From Octopus vulgaris (taxonomy: Eukaryota), in contig OX597831.1 in NCBI GenBank assembly GCA_951406725.2, positions 83,762,001-83,826,000 on the forward strand: a stretch of DNA of 64,000 nucleotides. The letters are read 5' to 3'. Made by a program: the position numbers and the translations under genes. The notes under the pieces are model-generated. The model was not told the DNA's origin, did no database searches, and was given only the letters and a program-made list of their open reading frames with translations. Shown here one piece after another: positions 1 through 13,183 of this stretch. Each line of letters begins with the position of its first letter. Position 1 is the stretch's first letter.

Positions 1-198
1 TACTCAATTAAGATTACAAGTTCAGGTTTATACCTGTAATTATTGGAGCCCTGGGATGTGTAACATTGCCTAAATACCAATCTTGAAAAATTAGGCTTCT
101 CAAAATCAGAAAGGGGAAAGCTAATTTGAAGACTACAGATCCAATCCATCACAGGAACTGTAAAAATCTGTGAAACTTTCCACAAGTTTATCATTTAA
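1..198 (+). mobile_element. 3' end of an RLE-type (R2/R4/NeSL-like) non-LTR retrotransposon ORF, decayed
   Basis: Manual translation from 12: DYKFRFIPVIIGALGCVT, frameshift, LNTNLEKLGFSKSERGKLI*RLQIQSITGTVKICETF. The P-V-I-I-G-A-L-G motif resembles the C-terminus of restriction-like endonuclease domains. Confidence 0.5.
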
Positions 199-467
199 AT
201 ATATAAATGAGCAAGTCTAGATATGTAACTATATGCATGAGAATATATACATTAAACAAAACATTCAAATCTGCACATATGCATACATAATTCTTTTTTG
301 TATGTATGAGTGTTTATGTGTGAGAGAGAGAGAGAGACAGACAGAAAGAGAGAGTGCGTGCATGTGAGTGTATGTGTGCATGTATGTTTCTATTCTAATT
401 TCAATTATTTAAATTTATCAGAGGCAGAAACTGATTTCTAATAAAGATGCAAAGTTCCATTGTTAGA

Positions 468-2303
468 ATCATCATCATCATCATCGTTTAGCGTCCGTTT
501 TCCATGCTAGCATGGGTAGGACGGTTCTACTGGGGTCTGTGAAGCCAGAAGGCTTCATCAGGCCCAGTCAAATCTGGCAGTGTTTCTACGGCTGGATGCC
601 CTTCCTAACGCCAACCACTCCGTGAGTGTAGTGGGTGCTTTTTACGTGTCACCCGCACAGGTGCCAGACAGAGCTGGCAAACAGCCACGAACGGATGGTG
701 CTTTTTATGTGCCACCGGCATGAGGGCCAGGCGAGGCTGGCAATGGACACGAACGGATGGTGCTTTTTACGTGCCATCGGCACGAGGCCAGTCGGGGCGG
801 TGCTGGCAACGGTCGCGAAACGGAAGGTTCTCTTACATGCCACCGGCACTGGTAAGACATCTGCAATTTCCATTGATCGATTTCGATTCTGATCCTCACT
901 TGCCTCAACAGGTCTTCACAAGTAGAGTTTTGTGTCCCAAGAAGGGAAGGTATGCATACGTAGGCTGGCTCCATCCCATATAGAAGGCCACGAGTTATGG
1001 ACTCACTTGTCCTGCCGGGTCTTCTCGCACACAGCACACTTCCAGAGGTCTCGGTCTCTAGTCATTTCCTCAGTGAGACCTAAAGTTCGAAGGTCATGCT
1101 TCACCACCTCGTCCCAGGTTTTCCTGGGTCTGCCTCTTCCACAGGTTCCCTCAACAGCTAGGGTGTGGCACTTTTTCACACAACTATCTTCATCCATTCT
1201 CGCCACATGACTATACCAGCGCAAACGTCTCTCTTGCACACCACAACTGATGCTTCTTAGGTCCAGCTTTTCTCTCAAGGTACTTACACTCTGCCGAGTA
1301 TGAGTACTGACATTACACATCCATCGGAGCATACTGGCTTCATTTCTTGCAAGCTTACGCATATCCTCAGCAGTCACGGCCCATGTTTCACTGCCATGTA
1401 GCATGGCTGTTCGTACACACGCATCATACAGTCTGCCTTTCACTCTGTGCGAGAGGCCTTTTGTCACCAGCAGAGGTAAGAGCTCTCTGAACTTTGCCCA
1501 AGCTATTCTTACTCTAGCAGTTACACTTTCAGCACACCCACCCCCGCTGCTGACTTGGTCACCTAGGTAACGGAAACTATCAACTATTTCTAGTTTTTCT
1601 CCCTGGAAAGTGACGGAAGTTGGTCTCAGAGCATTTTCAGTGTTTATTGTTCCTGAGCATCTGCCACATACAAAAACCATCTTCCTAGTTAGCCTTCCTT
1701 TGACATTGCTGCACCTCTTATGTGTCCATAGCTTACACTTGGTGTATCTTATAGAGTTTCTACCTACACCTTTTCTACAGATCGAGCAGGGCCATCTACC
1801 TGAAGGCGTTTGTGATTTGTCTACCTTCCTACTGATTACGACTTTGGTTTTAGCTAGATTGACTCTAAGGCCCTTCGATTCTAATCCTTGTTTCCACACC
1901 TGAAACTTCTCCTCCAGTTCTGATAGCGACTCAGCAATTAGAGCAAGGTCATCAGCATAGAGGAGCTCCCAGGGGCATCCTGTCTTGAATTCCTCCGTTA
2001 TTGCCTAGAGGACTATGATAAATAGGAGGGGACTGAGTACTGAGCCTTGGTGGACCCCTACCTCTACCCGGAATTCTTCACTGTACTCGTTTCCAACCCT
2101 CACCCTACTAGCAGCGTCCCTATACATGGCCCGCACAGCTCTCACTAACCATTCATCTATCCCTAGTTTCCTCATTGACCACCAGATAAGGGATCGGGGG
2201 ACCCTGTCGAAGGCTTTCTCCATGTCAACAAAAGCCAGGTACAGGGGCTTATCTTTGGCTACGTATTTCTCCTGCAGCTGCCTTACCAGGAATATAGCAT
2301 CAG
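468..2303 (-). mobile_element. 5'-truncated RTE-clade LINE (RT C-half, PHD-like finger, ~530-nt 3' UTR, (GAT)n tail)
   Basis: ORFs 2005-2337(-) (AFVDMEKAFDRVP, GVHQGSVLSPLLF) and 1003-1899(-) (FRYLG, RRLRWYSHVARM, GRGRPRKTW). LLYADDL is encoded at ~1945-1965. (ATC)n tail at 468-486. Confidence 0.9.
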
Positions 2304-2439
2304 ATATAGAATGTAAATAACAAAAACAATTTTGCATTTTAAACTTGAGAAAAGCTTTGCATATATATAATGTACAAGTTAGTTATGTGTGTGTGTGTTT
2401 ATGCATGCTCTTAACGTGACTCTACACTCCTTCCACCAT

Positions 2440-4776
2440 GTTTGTGTGGAGTGTAACATGATTGGAGTCAAAACTTACACTGTGATTCCCACTGAAATGA
2501 TGTGGGAACAATCTCAGAGAAGCAGACAAGCAAAGCAGGGAGGTTTACCACTCCCGGAAACTAAAACATCCGCAGAAAACAAACACATCAACACAAACAC
2601 ACTACCACCAAACCCCCCAACAATGTTGACAGTCATAAACACCCACAACACCGACCTAATGGAATACATTAGGTCAACCACAAACACAACCGAAAATGAT
2701 ACCAAAACAAAGAATCACCCACGCACGACACCACCACAACACATTAAAATCATACACATAACACACACAGCATCCTAAAATCTCTCTACCCTGATGCAGT
2801 TGGGAGATTTCAAAAATATTTGTCGAAATAACTGTAAAAAAACCTTCTGGGAGAAGGCTGTGAGATGAGGAACAAAGAACTTTCGGACAGTAAGTGACTT
2901 TCTCTCTCTCTCTTTCTTTTTCATCTTCTTTCGTGTGTAAAACACAACTTTCGATTGGAATATGCTCAAAATAGGCAGTATAAATGTGCGTAGCTTGGTG
3001 TCGCCTTGGAAACAAGGCTACCTGTTAAACGACATCAAGACACAAAATCTGCATATCATAGCCATCAGTGAGACCAGACTCCACAGCCTGCAGGCACTCC
3101 AGCACATGTTCGGCACACATTTCGACATTTATTTTTCTCCGTGTCTACCGAGAATAGGCGGAGGTGGCACTGCGGTGCTTCTCCGGAAGAGTCTGGACTT
3201 CAAAGTAAGAGCAATTTTCCTAGACCTGGAGGGTAGTCCTGGATGTCGATGGCAGCAATGACTGTGCTTTTCGACTGATAACAGTTTATGCACCGTCCTT
3301 AACAGGCCAGCCAGATTTCTTTCGACGTCTAGAGGTTTTTCTGGGTACGTCTCGACCTTTACTTTTAGTGGGGGATTGGAATGCCACCCTGGACACACAT
3401 CTAGACTACGTGGGCAGAGGTAGTAATAGGAGGGGATGCAAATGCCTCAAAGACCTGCTCAGACGTTTCCAACTATCTGACAGGTACCGACTGGACCACC
3501 CGAATGTGCCAATGTGGACATGGAGCAACCTCATCGGGTCGTCCAGATTGTACTTAGAGTATTCTGTAGGACAGTAGATAAAGATAGTGTAGGTTGTCCA
3601 CAATTCCATATAGTCAGTTACACAGACCACAAATTTGTGACTTGTACACTTGACTTAGATAAGACACAGAGGCAGGGTCCTGGTTACTGGAAGCTGAACG
3701 CGTCTTTCACGGCACACCAGGCTTACAGGGACCGGATTAGCACATCAGTAAAGAGAGCTTTGACGGGTGCCATAATCAACAACAGATGGTGGTATGTTCT
3801 AAAGAAAGCAATTAAAGCAGAATCGGTTAGGTACAGCATGGCCCTAGCATTAGACCGAAATAGAATAGAGGGAGACTTAGTTAAGAATTTAGAAGAGGCA
3901 CTTAGAACTGGCATCGCGTCCAACGTACTGGCAGCGAGGTTGGCCCTCGACCAACACCTCAACGCCAAACACGAAGGATGCGTTGTCAGAGCTAGGATGC
4001 GTGCTCTGAGGAACGAAGGAGTTGAAGCCGTCCGAGGGGCCCAAGTGGTGGAGACGCAACAAAGCAACAGAGCCACCATCAGGTCACTTACAGATGAACA
4101 GAGGCGCGAATTACTTGAGCCTGAAGGGATGTGTGAGGCTTTTCAACAACACTTTGCCCGACGGTTTGGGGCAACTGGTGGGGCTGAACGCAGAGTGGAC
4201 TTTAGTGCCTACCTGCATGGCCTGTCACGACTCTCAGCAAGAGAGGCGGAGTGTTGTGAAAAACCCATCACAGCCGCGGACGTACGTGATGCGATGGCAG
4301 GTTGCATGAGAGACAAGTCACCAGGCTTGGATTGTCTGCCCTACGAACTTTATTGTTGTATGCCAGACTTGTTTGGAGGCATCTTGGCAGCTGTTTACTG
4401 CAACTGGCAGCAAAACGGGAGTATCCCCGCCTTTGTAAAGCAAGGAACAGTGGCACTGCTAAAGAAAGATCCAAACAAGGAGGACGTCATAGATAATTTC
4501 AGGCCCATCACTCTGCTTTTTTGAACATTTTGGCCAAGGTTTTAGCCGAGAGGTTGGCGCTTGTCATCGAGAAACTAGTCGACAAGGCGCAAACTTGCGC
4601 CGTGCCAGGTAGGAGTATCCATGACAACCTCCATCTGATGCGCTACATCATAGACAGGGTAGTTAAGGATCCTGGCATTGGTGGGGCGCTGATCAATTTG
4701 GATCAATCAAAAGCCTTCGATAGGGTAGACCATTACTACTTGGAGGCTGTCCTTAAAGTGGCTGGTTTCGGTCCCA
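2440..4776 (+). mobile_element. Tx1-type L1-clade LINE fragment (ORF1 end, APE endonuclease, RT N-half), frameshifted
   Basis: ORF 2962 MLKIGSINVRSL...ISETRL, GDWNATLD, TDHKFV, GPGYWKLN, KSPGLDCLP, NFRPITLL, LDQSKAFDRVDH. Paralogous to the minus-strand copy at 6021-11765. Confidence 0.9.
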
Positions 4777-4799
4777 TCCATGATATTTGTGCCATGTGG

Positions 4800-4990
4800 T
4801 GAAAGTTGGAGGACATGGTGTTATTGTAGAAGTGGATGAATCCAAGTTCATACACAGGAAATACCAATGTGGTCATTATCGTCAAGGCTACTAGGTTCTT
4901 GGAATGATAGAATCCAGCAGTTTAGGATGTATCTTTAGTTCCAGTCCCGGACAGAAGTTCTGCTACATTATTACTAATAATTAACAGACA
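4800..4990 (+). mobile_element. Merlin (IS1595/ISXO2-like) DDE transposase fragment
   Basis: Manual translation from 4802: KVGGHGVIVEVDESKFIHRKYQCGHYRQGY*VLGMIESSSLGC, frameshift, LVPVPDRSSATLLLIINRH. This matches the Merlin pattern GG.G.IVEIDESKF..RKY..G......WV.G..E.....C.LVPV.DRS..TL. Confidence 0.75.
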
Positions 4991-5024
4991 TGCTGCCTGC
5001 CTGCCTGCCTGGATGTATGGATGT

Positions 5025-5988
5025 GTTTCTTTATTAGCCACACAGGGCTGCACACAGATGGGACAGATTACAAAATAGAGCTTTTCTTTTTTGGGAGGGG
5101 GGAAGAGGGGGGGAGGAGAAGGGGGAAAAGGAGGGGGTAGGTTTTCGATCAAAAGGGATCGTAAAAGGGAAAGAAGAAAAAAAGAAAAGAAAAAAAGGAA
5201 AACAAACAAAAGAAAAGAAAAAAACGATCAATAGGGATCGTGTATCACAGTGTCATGATGTAAGGTGTAAAGGGGGAAGCAGATAAGGTTTATCCGTGGG
5301 AAGAAAAACCTACGGAAAAGACCACGGTAACTTCGGTCAATATTGTTACATGTTACCACATTTGTTTGCAAGTAGGTAACCCTCTGTTTTAAATTTCCGG
5401 GTTCATAGAATTATGCTCAAGGTGGCTTCGTCATTCATACGTGCCATCCTTGCTACATTCACCCATCTTTTTTTAAAACATTCGCTAGACAAAACTTGCC
5501 TCTCTACTCTCACTTTCCTTTTCAAGTGATACTTGAAGAAGTTGATGAGAGATTGACCAGAGAGGAAAGTGTTTGTCTCCAATCCTTTCAGACACATCCA
5601 CCAGATACATTCTTTCGCCATAGCCACAAGGATGATAAAAATAGCTCTTCCTTCCCGTTCGAAGGAAGGAGACATGACGATATTGACGATAGACTCTGCT
5701 GATAAACTGACTCGTACCACATGTGACAGCAGTTGTTCGACATAAGCCCACAGGTCGGAAATTGTTGGACACTGCACGAGTGCGTGTAGAATGGTTTCGG
5801 CGCTCTGACCGCATCTCAGGCAGGTCGGCCCCGTGTATCTCGAGCCGTGTCTGTAGAGCTTATCCCGAACGGGTAGCGCTTCTCGGTAGCACTGCCAGGC
5901 CAGGGATCTCTGGAAGTTGTCCATGGGCTATGGCCCGAAAGTCAGCCTGAACAGGCGGGTCAGGTATTCCTCGTCGACGTCCAGGTTC
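5025..5988 (-). mobile_element. Tx1-type LINE 3' end (zf-RVT C-terminus plus 3' UTR), 5'-truncated
   Basis: ORF 5403-5924(-) with CLRCGQSAETILHALVQC. Near-identical to 11806-12802. Confidence 0.9.

Positions 5989-6020
<32 letters not shown>
5989..6020. repeat. (GATA)n microsatellite separating two Tx1 copies
   Basis: Direct read of the sequence. Confidence 0.95.
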
Positions 6021-6022
<2 letters not shown>

Positions 6023-9000
6023 GTTTTTATTATGGCCACACAGGGCTAAACACAGAAAATAGACGAAATACAATGTTTTTCTTTTCAAGGTGGGATGGGA
6101 GGGACACATAAAAGAAAAAGTCCAATCAATAGGGATCGTTGAGCTGTGTTATGTACAAAAAAGGAAAGACATATATATATAAAGTTCCAAAAAAAGTGGC
6201 GGGGAAACGATATTGTTTACAGTTTAGGTGTAGCCTTGGAAAGAAAAACCCCTAAAAAAAAAGACCTCAGGCAGTTCAAAATGTCCGTAAGAGTAAGAAA
6301 CTTTCCTCTCGTTTTCTCTTTTTGTTATAGATTTATGCTTAAAATGTTGTCGTCTTTCATACTGACCATTCTTGCCACATTAACCCATTTTTTATTGAAA
6401 CTTTCATTCGACAATACTTTCCTCTCTATTCTCATCCTCCTTTTCAAGTGTTACTTGAAAAAGTTGACGAGAGACTGATCATAGAGGAAAGTATTTGTTT
6501 GTAGGCCTTCCAAACACGTCCACCACACGCATTCTTTCGCCATAGCTATCAGTGTTACAAAAAACGTTTTCCCTTCCTGTTTAAAGGAAGGTGGCAGAAC
6601 AATATTCACGATAGACTCGGCTGATTAGTGGGCCCGTCACCCACGCGATACCAGCTGTTCGACGAAGGTTCACAGCTCTGAAATATCTGGACACTGCATG
6701 CGTGCATGCAGAACGGCATCTCGGGCAGGTCGAACCGTGTCTGCAGCTCTTCTCTCGAACTGGTAGTGCGTCTCAAAAGCATTGCCAAGCCAGGATTCTT
6801 TGGAAGTTATCCATAGGCCCCGGCCTGAACAGGCGGGTTAGGAATTTTTCGTCGATGCCCAGATTTTCCCCGAGTGTGTCGTCGGACCTCCCCTCCACTA
6901 GACCTCTATAGAACGCGTTGGTCATTTGGAAGTTGCACAAGATTGATCCCGGGCGGCAGAGCTGCTGTAGAGCTTGGCGACACTCTCAGTGCCAATCACC
7001 CAGTTTCGGTCTCTTTCTGATCCATGTTTGCAGTTCGGTCAGTGAGACAAGCTGCGGGAAGGCGCGCCTCACAAATGGCACCCACACCTGTTCACTGTCG
7101 TCGATGAAGTTCCAGAGATGCCGCAGTCTCAGCGCATCATTAAACACGGCATGCCCAGTCCTCCATTTAACGGATGTTGACAGCAAATGGATCGCCTCAT
7201 CATCGGAATGCCACCCTTCCACAGGAAGTGGAAGAGCATGCGTTCTTATTTCTAGATGGTTCCATCGGAACAAGGCACGACGGTCAGGCGGTAATCGATG
7301 ATTGATGCAATATACGCATTAGCCACCTACGCCTGACCTTTTAGAGACAGCTTTCTCTCGGCCCATGTTTGGCTGAGAGCGACCACTCTACTCGTGATCT
7401 CGTCCCAGTTCTTATCCATTTGGAGGTCCAGACTGAACCAGACCCCGAGCAATTTAACCGGTCCGTCCGTCCATCATTCCACTGCTGAGTCACTGTTGGG
7501 CGATATGGGCTTGCTTCTCCAGGTGCCGAGTAGCAAACCCACTGACATTTTCGGGTTAATTTTCGCTCCCGTCACCGTTTCGTATTCTTTTAGTGTCTCG
7601 CCTAACATCTCAATGTGCTTTTCGCGCGACACTATGACGGTGACATCATCCGCATATGCCGACACGCTCGTTCCGCAACCCAGTTCCCATGGGATGCCCC
7701 TCAGTGTCGCCAGCTTCAGCAGTAGCGGCTTGAGAGTCAATACACACAGAAGCGCAGATAGGGGATGTCCCTGATGGACCGAACGCGTGATGTCAAACGG
7801 ATTCGACAGCTGACCGTTGACCTGAATTACCGATCGGATACCGCTATACAAGGCAGCGATCCAACCGCAGAAGACGGGACCGAAGCTAGCCGCCATGTAC
7901 CGATGGTCGACCCTATCAAAAGCTTTAGACTGATCCAAATTGATCAGTGCCCCACCCATGCCAGGATCTTTAACTACTCTGTCCACGATGTAGCGCATCA
8001 GATGGAGGTTGTCATGGATGGTTCTGCCTGGCACGGCGCATGTTTGCGCCTTGTTGACCAGTTTCTCGATGACAAGCGCCAACCTCTCAGCTATTACTTT
8101 GGCCAAAATTTTAAAATCTGCGTTGAGCAGAGTGATGGGCCTGAAATTATCTATAAAATTCCCCTTGTTTGGGTCTTTCTTCAGCAACGTCACTGCACCT
8201 CGGCTCATGAAACCAGGGATTCTCCCGTTATGTTGCCAGTTGCAGTAGACGGATGCCAAGAGGTCGCCAAACAAGTCTGACATTAGACCATCCAAACCTG
8301 GTGACTTATCCCTCGCACAGCCTGCCATCACATCCCATACATCAGCAGCCGTGATGGGTCTCTCACAACACTGCTTCTCTTGCCGAGAGCCGCGGCAGGC
8401 CTGTCAGGTAGGCACTGAAGTCCATCCTGCATTCCGACCCACCACTCGCACAAAACAGTCGAGCAAAGTGCTGTTGAATAGCCTCACACATCCTTTCAGG
8501 TTCAAGTAAATTGCATCCCTGTTGATCTATTAGAGACCGAATGGTGGCTCTGTTGCCACGTTGCACTTCCGCTACCCGGGCCTCTCGCGCAGCTTCGATC
8601 CCTTCGTTCCTCAAGGCACGCATTTTAGCTCTGACGACGCAACCTTCGTGTTTGGCGTTGAGGTGTTGGTCAAGGGCCATCCTCGCAGCCAGCACGTTGG
8701 TTGCACTGCCAGTTGTAAGTGCCTCTTCTAGTTTCTTAACTAAGTCTCCCTCTACACTATTTTGATCTATCGCTAATTCCTTGCTAAACCTAATTGATTC
8801 CGATTTGATTGCCATTTTCAGGGCAAACCACCAGCAGTTGTTAACGATGGCTCCCGTTAATGTCCTCTTATTAACTTGTTAATCCGGTTCCTGTAAACCT
8901 GCTGTGCTAAGAGCGACGTGTTCAGTTTCCAGTAACCGGGACTCTGCCTATGTGTCTTATCTAAGTCGAGCGTACACGTCACAAATTTGTGATCTGTGTA

Positions 9001-11765
9001 GCTGACTATTTTAAATTGTGGACATCCTACACTATCCTTATCCTCTGTCCTGCATAGAACTCTAGATACGATCTCAACAATCCGACGCGGTTTGTCCAAG
9101 TCCACGTTAGCACATTTGGATGGTCGAGTTGGAACCTGTCAGACAAATGGAAACATCTGAGTAGGTCTTTGAAGCACTTACATCCCCTTCTCTTACAATC
9201 CATTCCCACATACTCTAGATGTGTGTCCAAGGTAGCGTTCCAATCCCCTACTAACAATAAAGGTCGAGACGTTCCCAGGAAAACCTCTAGACGTCTGAAG
9301 AAATTCGCCCGACCCGTTAAGGACGGTGCATACACTGCCATCAGATGGAATGCACACCCATTTCTGCCATCCACGTCCAAGACAACCAGCCTATCCTCCG
9401 GGTCTAGGAATATTGATCTTACTTTTACATTTAAACTCTTTCGAAAAAGCACCGCGGTACCTCCACCACCCATGTTTGGCAGACAGGGAGAAAAATAAAT
9501 GTCGAATTGATCGCCAAACATGGACGCGAGGGCCCGCGGCTTGCTGAGTCTGGTTTCACTGATAGCTACTATATCCACATTCAGTGACTTGATATCATTT
9601 AGAAGGTATCCTTGCTTCCAAGCCGACGCCAAGCCATGCACATTCACACAACCTACTTTAAGCATAATGGATGGTCGAAAATTTGTGTTTCACACACAAC
9701 AGTGAAAGAGACGAGAGGGAAGGTTACTTACTTGTTTAGAAAGTTTGAGTAGTTTCCTCCTCTTTGGGGATGTCTTAAAAAGTTTTTTTAATAAATACTT
9801 CTGGTATCCCCCGACTGCATTTGGAAAGAGGGTTTTGAGTGTGTGGTGCTGCATTTGTGTGACGTGTACTATTTTTATGTGTGTCGGTGGTGTTGTGCGT
9901 GGATGGTTATTCAGTTTATAGTCATCTTCACAAATGCTTGTGTTAGATTCGATGTGGTTCATTAGTTTTGTATTTTCTGTGTCTATTGCTGTTAGTTGTT
10001 TGCGTGTTTTTGCAAAGTAAGGGACTGTCAGGAGTTATATATCTCCCTGCTTTACCTGCATTTGCTTGTTTCGTGGTTTTTTGGGGTCTTTTCCTTTTAC
10101 CCTCTGTGGCTATTTGCCATTCTGTTGAACTTTCTTCGTTAGACGAAAAGTCTGATGAATCAGAAGCGTTTGCATCTATATGTGTGTTTGTAGAAGGTGT
10201 TGTTGTTTTGTGTGATGTTTGTGTTGTTGGTGTATTAGGGGCAGAATTTGTCTTTTCGTCATTGTTATTTGTTTTCTTGGTTGTTGTTCTTGGTGCTGGT
10301 GTTGGTGTTGTTTCTCTAGTTGGTTGCGATGTCGAAGGTAATTGTGATGGTATTGTTTCTCTTCTTGGTGATGTGGTTGGTGAGGGGGAAACAGTTTTTG
10401 CATCGTCTGCTGTTTTTCCTGTCTTTTGCATTGAAGGTGGTGTGGGTAGTAGAGGTTTTCTTCCAGGTTTTGGGAGTGGTTAATGTTGCCTATTTCTGGC
10501 AGCAGTTGGGCAATCATATCTGAGGTGTGCCTCAGTGTTGCACAAATAGCATCTTGGCCTCCTGTCCTCCACCACTACATACAATTTATGGTCTTTTGTC
10601 AGTTGAACACTGGTTGGTAAATTATTTATTGCTTCTTGGGAGATTTGAAGCAATATTTCAAGGTTTTTACCAGTCCAGCTTTCCTCTGGAATGTCGGCGA
10701 TTTCTAAAATATCTGCTTCTTCTATATCAAAGCAGATGGCCAATACCAGCCACTGGGTATCCAATTCTGGAGGCATGTTTTTATTGTTATGTTCGTTACT
10801 CTGCGCCCAAGATAGCTAGGTACCATTGTTACCTGGTCTGTGCGCAGAGTAAGCGTCAAAAACTTCTTTGCTAGTTCTTCCATATGGTAGCAAATTTAAC
10901 ACCCCCAATTCACATAATTTCGGAACTTCCACACAGAAGCGAGGCACTTCTCAATCTTTTCTGTAGCTGGGCTTTCTGGTTTCTTTGTTTTGGTGTTGAG
11001 TATTTCGTAGATGATGGTCTTCTTTTGTGCTTCTTCCAAAATGTTGCATGGAATATTTAGGTGTATTGTGTCGCCTTCTTTGGTGAGTAAAGATTTTGTC
11101 TCCTGTATTTGTTGTGCAGTAAATTTTAAAATTCTCCGTTTCGGTCATATTGCTTCCGCGAAATTTGTCGTGTTTTTTTGTGGAGGTAGTGGTGGTGTTG
11201 GTGGTGATGCCTGTGGCAGTCGTTCATAGTAGTAGTAATAGATGGCTGTGAAGTCGGGTTGTTTACCAGTTTTTGTGTGGCGGTGTTGCTTTTCCCCTTT
11301 TTCTCCTCCTTCATGAAATTGTGGTGAAGGCAGTATAGGAAAATCAACGTCGTAGGCATTGTCAAGGAGGGTGTCGGTGTTGATGGTGGAATTATTGGTG
11401 GCGGTGACGTTGATTTTGTTGTTGTTGCTGATGCTGATGGCGGTGGTGGTGTTAGTGTCGTTCAAACTGTCAGGTTCAGCGTTTAGTAGCAGGGAATTTT
11501 GCTCTTTTGTTTCGGTGTCACGTTTGACTTGCGGTTTGGCCTCACAGTGACCAGTAGCCATTTTTGAAAATAAAAATGGCTAAAATAAAACCACAAAGCC
11601 TTTGAGAAATTTTTAAAATTTTGACCACAAAGGCTGAAATTTTGTGTGGATGTTAATGAAAGTATGGATTGGGTGTTGTTGTACACCTTTTAGACATAAA
11701 ATGTTTGACAATCAACAATTTTAAATGTAGAAAACTACCAACTTACTTGGAGCCCATTTGACTTG
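6021..11765 (-). mobile_element. Near full-length Tx1-type LINE (ORF1 with CCHC knuckle; ORF2 APE-RT-zf), disrupted
   Basis: ORF1 pieces from 11561 to ~9690 include CYLCNTEAHLRYDC (CX2CX4HX4C). ORF2 starts at 9665 (MLKVGCVNVHGL, ISETRL, GDWNATLD). RT ORF 7474-8331 has AYADDV. The 3' UTR ends in ggccataataaaaac next to (TATC)n. Confidence 0.92.
7474..8331 (-). pseudogene. Tx1 ORF2 reverse transcriptase segment
   Basis: NFRPITLLNADFKILAK, LDQSKAFDRVDH, SVHQGHPLSALL, SAYADDVTV. Confidence 0.9.
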
Positions 11766-11805
11766 CGTCCGTCCATCCATCTATCCAGACAGACAGACAG
11801 ACAGA

Positions 11806-12802
11806 TGCTTCTTTATTAGCCACACAGGGCTGCACACAGACGGGACAGATTACAAAGTAGAGCTTTTCTTTTTAGGGAAAAAAAAAAGGTGGGGTAGGTT
11901 TTCGATCAGAAGGGATTTTAAAAGGGAAAGAAGAAAAAAAGAAACAAAAGAAAAAATAAACGATCAATAGGGATCGTGTATCACAGTGTCATGATGTAAG
12001 GTGTAAAGGGGGAAGCAGATAAGGTTTATCCATGGGAAGAAAAGCCTATGGAAAAGACCACAGTAACCTCGGTCAATATTGTTACATGTTACCCCATTTT
12101 GTTTGCAAGTAGGTAACCCTCTGTTTTAAATTTCCGGGTTCATAGAATTATGCTCAAGGTGGCTTCGTCATTCATACGTGCCATCCTTGCTACATTCACC
12201 CATCTGTTTCTTAAAACATTCGCTAGACAAAACTTGCCCCTCTACTCTCACTTTCCTTTTCAAGTGATACTTGAAGAAGTTGATGAGAGATTGACCAGAG
12301 AGGAAAGTGTTTGTCTCCAATCCTTTCAGACACGTCCACCAGATACATTCTTTCGCCATAGCCACAAGGATGATAAAAATAGCTCTTCCTTCCCGTTCGA
12401 AGGAAGGAGACATGACAATATTGACGATAGACTCTGCTGATAAACTGACCCGTCCCACACGTGACAGCAGTTGTTCGACATAAGCCCACAGGTCGGAAAT
12501 TGTTGAACAATACACGAGTGCGTGTAGAATGGTTTCGTCGCTCTGACCGCATCTCGGCCCCGTGTATCTCGAGCCGTGTCTGTAGAGCTTATCCCGAACG
12601 GGTAGCGCTTCTCGGTAGCACTGCCAGGCCAGGGATCTCTGGAAGTTGTCCATGGGCTCTGGCCCGACAGTCGTCCTGAACAGGCGGGTCAGGTATTCTT
12701 CGTCGACGCCCAGGTTCGCCCCGAGCTCGTCGTCGTACCTCCCCTCCACTAATCCCCTTTAGAATGCTTGGGTTGTGTTGAAGTCACTCAAGGTCGACCC
12801 AG
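11806..12802 (-). mobile_element. Tx1-type LINE 3' end, 5'-truncated
   Basis: ORF 12168-12749(-) is nearly identical to 5403-5924. Flanked by GACA/ATCC repeats on the left and (GACA)n(GATA)n on the right. Confidence 0.9.

Positions 12803-12893
<91 letters not shown>
12803..12893. repeat. (GACA)n(GATA)n compound microsatellite
   Basis: Direct read of the sequence. Confidence 0.95.
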
Positions 12894-12898
12894 CCTTA

Positions 12899-13168
12899 GG
12901 CCCACCAAAGCCTTGTAAGTGGGTTTCGTCCACGGAAACTGAAAGAGGACTGTCGTATATGTATGTGCCTGTGTTTGTACCCCCACCATCGCTTGACAAT
13001 CGATGTTGCTGTGTTTGCGTCCCCTTAAATTAGCCGTTTGGCAAAACACACCGATAGAATAAGTACTAGGCTCACAACGAATAAACCCTTCGATGGATGT
13101 ATTCGTCTAAAGGCGGTGCTCCAATATGTCCGCAGTCACGTAAATGAAACGATTAAACAATAAAAGAA
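12899..13168 (+). mobile_element. 5'-truncated SINE, same family as 54345-54733
   Basis: Shares gccttgtaagtgg...cggaaactgaaaga, ccgatagaataagtact and the ggcggtgctcca...cgcagtca tail with the copy at 54.3-54.7 kb. Confidence 0.75.
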
Positions 13169-13183
13169 AGTGTGCCATTTTAA

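Noticed and set aside
9968-10483. Hydrophobic 171-aa plus-strand ORF and similar antisense ORFs over LINEs
   Set aside because: Antisense shadows of the Thr/Asn/Lys-rich Tx1 ORF1 and other TE coding strands.
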